Shown here: piece by piece, positions 8,915 to 17,900 of the stretch | Numbering within the stretch: the first letter of the stretch is position 1 | How the letters are laid out: every line of letters starts with the position of its first letter | Assembly: GCA_045604805.1 (NCBI GenBank) | Contig: JAZUOT010000030.1 | Span: 27,291 to 91,290, forward strand | Reading direction: 5' to 3' | Length of the DNA: 64,000 nt | Origin: Acutalibacteraceae bacterium | GTDB lineage: Bacteria; Bacillota; Clostridia; Oscillospirales; Acutalibacteraceae | Program-made: the position numbers and the translations under genes | The notes under the pieces: generated by a model | What the model was told of the DNA's origin: nothing | The model's input: the letters and a program-made list of their open reading frames with translations, nothing else | Database searches by the model: none

Positions 8915-11900
8915 GTACCACTCAAGTATTATATTTCCCGCAAAGAGGCAAAAAAACTACACGAAATGTTAAATAAGCTCACTGTTAATACTGGTAAACA
9001 AGGAGATACTATACATACTATTTACGGTGAACGTATTTCTCAGTCGAGAACAGCTGCCACACAAGAACAAGTAGAAGAATTTATGAGTCTTTTTGAAAGA
9101 AATCATCCTGGCGCCCCCAACAAACTGGACGTCAATGGAAACGAAGAAGTATTTAGTGATTTCGGGCGTTTCCGGGACCTAATAGATGAGGGACAAATAG
9201 TTTCTTCAGAAAAAGGTATTGAAAATAGTGAGCTAGCATATAACCTAGCAATGGCTTTTCACGGCTCAGTAGAACTTACTGCAGACTCTGTTCCTAATCA
9301 GGATCAAGACTTTGCAAACAATCTTGCTCAAGCTCTCAGCGATGGTAATTTTAATGCGTTTGGGCATTTTGGTATGAATAGAAAAGATGATCTTGTTAAT
9401 AATATAATGAAATGTCAGCATGAAAGCCTATTTTTAAGCGGTGAAGAGATAAGAGTAGATATGCTTGACTTTGGAAGGAACTTGTTTAAGAGTTTGCCGT
9501 CTTGTGAAGTAGGTACATGCATAAGTACTGGTAAAGAACTGGCAGCTGCTTTTGAGAAAGCTAACCCAACTGAAAAAGAATCTATTGCTGAATTCAAAAT
9601 GGGTATTTTGATAGAAACTCTTCAAAAAATACGTGATAATGGTTCTTCTAATGTAGATGATGTTGCTTTTGGGAAAGAAACTGGCCTAACTGCAGGAAAT
9701 CTATCTCGCCACCAAGCGGGTTGTACGCTTGGGACTTACCGTGAAACACATAATTTTGATCCTTTTAGTAATATTGATTTTTCTCATTGTGAGGAGATAT
9801 GTAAACAGGCAAGAGAAGTTTATGAATCTTCTATTTCTATGGGGTACGAACTTGCAAGCAATCCGCTATTTTTTACGCGCCTCGCCTTGTTTTTTAGTAA
9901 ACTAGCACCATTTATTGAATTTACAGAAAAAAAAGGAAAAAGTGAAGAAGGCACCAAAAATCGTAATGGTGCAAATGGAGGTGGAAGTGAAACTAGCTCC
10001 TTGCTGGCTAGTGCTGTTTCTCTGTCCTCTTTTGGTGCTATTTCTCAAACCGGTTCGGAAGATAGCTCTCAAACCGCTTCGGAATCTAGGTCTCAAACCG
10101 GTTTGGAAGATAGCTCTCAAACCACCGGTTCGGAAGACGCTACCGAAGAAGAACAACGATTAAAATTATTAGATAAAATGGATCCAGACGTTATAAATTT
10201 GAATGATGTTGTATATACATCTGTATTTTTTGAAAATTTTTTTACAAGTCAATCATCCAAAATTTATGAAGATCTTATGAAGGCTTTGTCCTCGGATAAA
10301 TTGGACTTTAGTACAAAATATGTCGCACTCTGTTTAGCTATGTGTGTGGAAAGTGGATGTCGTTACTTCAATACAGCTATAAGCAAATTTGTGGACTCAT
10401 TAACAAAATCAGAGCAATCTATCCCAGAATTGACACCAATTTTGATGGCATTTTTAAAAGGAGTTTTTTTTAGGTTCGAACATATTAGAAACAAAAATAT
10501 AGTTAGGACTGCGATAATTCTAATGCCTAGGTTTAGAAAAGAATATGAGTATGGAGAATTAAGTGTTGCTCTATTATGTATGTTGGTGCGTGGTGCTACT
10601 TTAGAAAATGGAGTAGGAGTAGGAGTAGCACTAGAATTAAACTTTGCAGATGTGGTGTCAGGAGTGTACGACGTCATATATAGAATGATATGTTTCGATC
10701 TTACAAACTCCAGAAGTGAGAAAAATGGTTCTATATACATTTCCAAAGAGGCTCAAAAATTTATCGAATACGCTTGTAGTTTGATTCGTCAGACAGCTTG
10801 CTCTCCATATGTTCGTGATAGCTTTAACAGCGTATTAAGCGGAATTAATATGGGATTGGAAAATTATGCGCCAAAAGAGGGGATAAAGCGAGAAAAATAT
10901 GTTATAGACTTTTATGCTAATACTGTCGTTGTATGTACTATAGAATTACTTAGTGACTTAGTGAATGAATATCCCAGTCTTTGGAAAAATAATACAAAAA
11001 TTTCATCTAATTTATATCAAGTTTATAAGAATTTGATGAAATTTGCAGGATGTAATAAAAAAATTAATTGTAAGTTGACACCCAATAGTAACAGTGAAGG
11101 TGGATTAGCGATCAAATACCCATTGTTTGATCTATTTAAAGATATATGCGGTAAAAAGAAAGAAGCCTTTGACCAGATTAAGGCTGATTTTGCTTTATAC
11201 TTGCATAAGATAGACCCGGTTCTTGCTGCTATATTTCTAATTAATTTGTCTGAGGTTCAAGTTCGAGAAGTGGTTAAATTATTGCATGATCAAAAATATG
11301 AAGGACTAGAAACAATAATGGGGGGTCTTATGTACAACATATTCACAAAAGAACAATCGGAAGAAGAAAAAGCCAAACGTTTTATTTCAATGCTTCCTCT
11401 TGAAATAAGATTTGATATAGAGGCGCTTAGCACTCTGGTTACGGGTATTATTGAAAAATGCGATGAAATTGCCAAAGTGGTAGTATGCCAATCACTGGAG
11501 TCGAGACGGATGGTGTATTCTCGTAAAGTTGACCTTAAAGAAAAGAAGATGCTTGAAATTTCAAATGCAATATCCCCCCTTGAAGGTGAAAAACTTAGTG
11601 ATGAGAAAGTAAAGCTCATCGAAGGTGCTAGGAACGAGCAAACCGTTTTGAATATAGCCCATCGAACACAAAAGGGGTCATTACGTACACGGTTGAACTT
11701 TTGGTTGATGGTTCTTCAAAATTCAAAAGGTACACAATTAACTCCATTTGGTAACATGATTTTTAATAACGAAGATGCCGTGCGAGACCTCCTTAATAGA
11801 GAGCAAGGCAAATATATGATAAGGCAGAAAGCCAACTTAAAAAAGTTAAAGGAAGATTCAGAAGCCTTTGAGTCTGAAATTAACTCATCAGAAAAAATTA

Positions 11901-14900
11901 AGAATGCGAAAGAATCACTATTAGAATATTGTAATACTATTTTCTTATACGCATTGACAATAAGTAACTTAAAAGACATGCAAGAAGGGGATTTAAAAGT
12001 CAAACAAGAAGAACACTTTTTTGACGTTGTTGAAGTCGTGAGCAAGTATCTTAAAGATTTTAAAAATTTCGTGAAACTGCTTGACATTATTTTCGATCAA
12101 ACAGGAAAGCACCATTCCTTGGGTAAAATATATGAAGCCATGCAATCTAAACCAGGAGAGTGCCTCGCAACATTAATATTTGAGTTTAGAAGGGTGCTTG
12201 CTAGTAAGGAGCTTGCTACTTTTGAAGAAAAGGAAGCTCTTGTAAAAGACTTTTGCGCTCAGATAAGAAAACTCACTGAAAATAAAAGCTCAAATAGAAA
12301 AAAATTGTGCAGTAAATACATGGAAACAATTCTTAAAGCCGTTAGAAGTATGAGTGTTTCCCTAATCGCCCTAAACACAGAAAGCTCAATACAACTGTTC
12401 GAATCTATAATCTATGGATTTTGTGATGTTAATTTTTTTGGATCTCCTGAATTTGCGAATGTAGTGCTCGATGTAGCACATGACGCGCTTGGAACTCGGC
12501 ATATACACCAAGGGAAAATCCTTGAAAAAACTATAGAAGCTTACCTGAGAATGATAAGGATAAGGATCAATTTATTGGGACAGAATACAAAAAATCTACC
12601 TTTACAACTATTCCCTAAGAATAGTTATACAGAAAGAGAATATACATATTTTATACCGTCGTCTGAAATGGAAATAACAATAACTAAAAATTGGGGCATG
12701 TTTTTAGACCGTCTATGGCGAAAAGGAAATAAAATGTTCGAGGACATAATAGATTGGTGGGAGGATAAAGCCGAAGATTATACTATAGAAGAGACAAAAA
12801 AGATTGAATCAGAACTAAAAGAACTAAAAAAACCAGAAGAACTAAAAGAACTAAAAGAACCAGAAACACTAGAAGATATTATAAAAGGAATAGAAGAGCT
12901 TAAATCAGAAATAGAAAAAGAACTAGAAAAACTAAAAAAACCAGAAAAACCAGAAAAACCAAAAAAAGAATTAGATGACCTAAAGGAAAAATTAGATGAC
13001 CTAAAGAAAAAATTAGATGTCCTACAAAAAGATGCAGAAAAAGAATTACAATTAGAATTACAAGTAGAATGCATTTACTACTTATCTTTGTTTTTGTTGG
13101 AAAGAGACAAAAGTGGCAACTACAGAGAAAATTTCAAGAATAATAGTAATTTTTTGGACGTTACTAATCTCGCTGTTTGTTTCTGCCGCAGGCCCGATAC
13201 TATGGTAGTTGTATTGCTCAAATATTTGGAATTTTTTGACAGTGATTTCGCAACTAAGGTTAAAAATAAGTTCACTAGTATGTTAAATCGCGCATTGTCA
13301 AAAGAAGAGAAAGCCAGCTTAGATGCTGGAGAAGTAAAAGCCAGCTTAGATGCTAGAGAAGTAAAAGCACTTGATGCTATAGTCAAAAAAAACAAAAAAC
13401 TCTTTTTCTCAGAGTGTATGTTAGTATTGTCTGCTTGTGAGACGAAAATTGTGGAGTCGTTTTTCAAAGAAAAAGAAGTCTTCGATGCTTTCTCTGAAAA
13501 AAATCCTTATCTTGCGCTACACAACCGGGTAACGTCTGAATTGAATAAAGAGGAATCTACGATACCATTTAGAAATGAAATGAGGCCATTTTTTATTAAT
13601 GGAGAAGGTAGTACTTTAAGTATGAAAGCTATACCTTCTAGCAGTTATTTTGTAGATAGAGTGAAGCCATCTTCTACTAATGGAGCAGGTAGTACTTCAA
13701 GTAAGAGAGATGTACCTGTTATCGGCAGTTATTATGTAGATCCGACTGGATATGAAGTGGAGCCATTTTTTATTGGAGGAGAAGATATTACTTTAACGTT
13801 GAAAGGTCAACCTTTTAGCATTCATTCTATAGGTAAATCACATACGTCAGAGATGTCGATGCCAGAGATGTCAGAAGAAGACAAAGCTAAATTCTTTCTT
13901 TTCGTGGTGTCTAAAGAAATGTTTAGCATTGTGGGAAAAAATGAAGATGCAATATATCGCTATTTAGCAGGAGATAGTTTTGATTTCTTGCGTATAGGCG
14001 AAGTTTGTGGATTTAATGTAGAAGAAATTCAAAACTTTATAGATCTTTTCAGTAACATTAAAAAATTGCAAAGATTCCATAGCGGCATTGAAATTGTAAC
14101 TGGCACTTTGGGTAAAATACATTCATGTGCAGAGGTTATAGTATCAGATCTTGTGAAATCTTTAGATGCTCTAATTGAAAAACTTAAAGGATGTGGGGAA
14201 AATGAGGTAGGCTGTTTATTTCAATTGCAAAGATATCGTGAAAATTTGCTTTCCAGTCTGCTTCGAGAAAAAAACCCTGAGGAATTTTTAGCTCAGATAG
14301 AAGGTTGTTGTGGAGAACTTCATCTAGACGGTGTTAGAGAAGAAGTTATTAACGTTTTAACGGCAATTGCTAATTTTAAAACAGAACAAAAAACTAAATA
14401 TATACAGTTTCTAAGCGAACTTGTTCGTAAAATTAATCCTAAAATCATGAAATTTGTTGAAAAAAATATTAGAACAGAAAAAGGCAAAGTATTAGCTTAT
14501 AGGTTAATGGATAGACCTACTTCGGAAATAGGTTTGTATACAGAAGGATTTTTTCCATGTGTATTAAATGCGTGTCCTGAGGAAGAAGTGCTCGAGTTAA
14601 TTGAAAAGAGAAAATCATACTCACCAGTTATGTCAGCGATTTCAAAATCAAAGAATTATTCTAGGTTTGAGAACACATCTCGCAGATGCTTACTAAATTT
14701 ACCCTATTTTGATTTTAAAGAACTAAAAGACTCATTGCCGCTTGATGGTGTCATTTGGTGGCGTTGTTCGCATGCGATGCCTGGCCGTAAGCCGTTTGAT
14801 GAATATGGCACTACTGTAGCGAATATGATAGTACGCGATTCGACAGAATGCCTTTTCAGGGATTTAAGTGATGCTTCAAAAACATTGCAAATAGAAACAT

Positions 14901-17900
14901 GTAAGGATAGTATATTAGCAGTAGTGGGTCTGAGCAAAGAGGGGGTATTTTATGATAGAGAAGGGAAACCTGGTAATATTATTAAGGAGCCATTTTTTAT
15001 AGGAGAAGGAAATGGCTATACTGAAGAAAATGTAAAAGAACTATTAGTAAATATTGCCAAAAAAGTGCCCGTTCATGATCGCTTTGAATTTTTAGCTGAC
15101 CTACTCTCTCAGATTAGAGATTACGATAGAATCTTTCAGATGTACGATAAGAAATATGATAGATTTAGTCCAAAAGGAGAACTTCTGGTACGGTTGCTAA
15201 CGCATGTCTTTTTAAATCTTTCTAGCCCCGAAGATATAACTAGTTTTCTTAGCAAAATGGTCTTGTCTATATATCGTAAAAATGAGTTCAGAGACTCTTT
15301 TGTGGCAATGGAAATATTTCTTAATACAGTATTTGAAATTGCGAATGGAATCCAAGATCACGAAGAAAGAATGAAAGTAATAACTCTTGTCGGGGAGTTA
15401 ATATATAATAGATCAATAGCAACATCATTTTACAATACTGATCGTAACTTTGTGTTGATCAAATATGAACATAAAAACGAAATGGCTGCAAAGTTTTTGA
15501 ATAGATTCCTATTAAACGCATTAACCCCAAAAGATAGACTACAACTTGAAGAGCTGATCCAAGTCCTTTTATACTTTGAGCCTGTTGAAAAAATAAATAG
15601 TCAATTTGCAGGCATGCTTATCAAAGGACTCATCGAAAGACCTAATGGAGAAAAAAATATAGTCGACGTTATCTTTATCCTTTTAACTACTCCTTTTGTG
15701 TTGCGTAGTAATTACCTTATGAGTTCTAGAGGCAATATCTCATCTGAATGTCTGATTGGAATTTTTAGCGAAGCTCAAAAACTCGTCAATAAACATGATA
15801 AATTTCCAGTAGAACCTGAATATTTGACAGACGTTATAAGATATTTACTTGATAGATATATAGTTCGAATTTTTAAATCTGAAGATAAAACAACTCTTGG
15901 AGGTCTGGGTGTATGTGAAACGTGCATAGATATAATTGTACAGATGTTAGCCAAAGTAGCCAAAGAACAAATACCAGTTATCTTTAATAGTATTCTTCAG
16001 GATTATTTTGTTCCTAAAGGTATGTCCAAAGCCATCATAGAAAATGGAGGTTTTCGTCGTAATTCGTATGAACGCGAATGCGCTTGCGCTACATTTTTGC
16101 TAATATTCCTCCATAAAGTTATGCTTCGAGCACCAGAGTATGATGTTGTCAAAGAGCTTTTTACACGTCTTCAAACCTATAGCCTAGAAATGGAGAAAGC
16201 CTATTTTGAAAATCTCTTTACTACTGAAAATTTCTGTATGAAAATATGCGCTCGTTTAGTTAACGGAATCATATTTTCTCCGCAGTCTTTGTTAGCTCCG
16301 TTGAATATTAGTGGCGTGTTAAGGCATTTTTTCTATTTAGTAGAAAGAGAAGAGCGTATATACAGAGGAATCCACGATGTGGAGGCTGTACAACGGGAAA
16401 TTGAAGAAGGGAAAAAACCAGTTAAAGAAGAGAAAAAACCACGTCATTTATTACTATTCCGATCATCAAGTCGAAAAGAGCAGCCAAAAGAGCAGCCAAA
16501 AGAGTTTGTATCAAGCGAACAACTATTAACCGAATTACAGTGCGATGTAATGAAGGAGGAATCTACAAAAGTATCAAAAGAAAAAGACCAACTTGCTGGT
16601 TTCAATGAAAAAACAGAAGGAGACCTACTCAGTAAAATTGAAGCTAAAAAAGACGCCGAAAAAAAAGTAAGAGAGCAACAAAAAAAAATAAAAGATTTAA
16701 CAAAAGAAGTACAAAAATTAGAAAAAAAGATAGTAGACGAAAGATGCGATCTAGACTTGGAAAATGATAAATTAAAGGAATTCACGCGTGTTAGAAATGT
16801 AATGGAAAATTTAGTGGAACAACGGAACGCAGAGATAAAAAAAATAGACGAAATACCTGAAAATGAGCAAAGACCAGAAGATGTAGAAAGAAAAAAAGAA
16901 ATGGAGCGCTCAATTGCGAACCTTGAAAGTGAAAAAGATAGACTTGAAAAAGAAAAAAAAGAATGCGAGGATCGGTTAAGTGAGTTAGGCAAAAATTTGG
17001 AAGATCTAGAAGGAGAATATGGCAAAAAACAGGGTGAATTAGACGCTGCAAAGAAAGATTTAGACTCAGAAGTAAAACAAATGACTGAAGCAGAAAAGGA
17101 GTTATCAAAAGGAATTAAAAGTGGAGGAGATGTAAATTACTCAATAACAATTAGTCAAAGGGACCTAGACCTAGTGTTTGCAGGGAATTTAGAAACCGCA
17201 GAAAAGGAGGGACTTGCAAAGCTAAAAAATCAATTAGACGATAAAGAAGCTAGCTTAGAAAAGGCAAAAGCTGAATTAGAAAATAAAAAAAAGGACTTTG
17301 AAGAGCAAAGAGATACTTTACTGCAGGAAAATGGAATAGAACAAGATACATTAAATCTGAGCGAGGATCCTGTTAAACAAGTAGAAGCAATAAGAGAAAA
17401 AATAAAAGAAAAAATAAAAGACCAAGGAAAAGAAGAAGAAGAAAGAAATGCAAAAGATAAAGAAGAAAAAATACTAGAAAAAATGGCGAAAGAATATGAA
17501 CTTGAAGAAACAAAACTTGGACAAGAAATAGAAAAATTAGAATATGAAATATATGTAAAAGAATTATCTATGGTAAGCTTATCAACAGACTTACTAAAAG
17601 ACATAACAGAAACATATGGCAGCCCAGAAAAAGCGATATCTGCTAAAAAGAAGGATGTAGAGGATGAAAAACTAGACGAGGAAGACAGAACTAAGCGGAT
17701 CGAAGTCTCAAAAGGGATAGTACGTGCAAAGCAGGAAGAATTATCGAAAAAAAATGATATGTTATCACGAGCGTCGGCAACTGTACTAAGAATAGAAGAA
17801 GAATTAAAAATTAAAGTAGCCGAATTAGAAGCCGTACGAGAACGCTCAAGCCGAATAGATGTTGAGATAACAGAGTTAACCGAACAAAGAAAAGCAAAAC

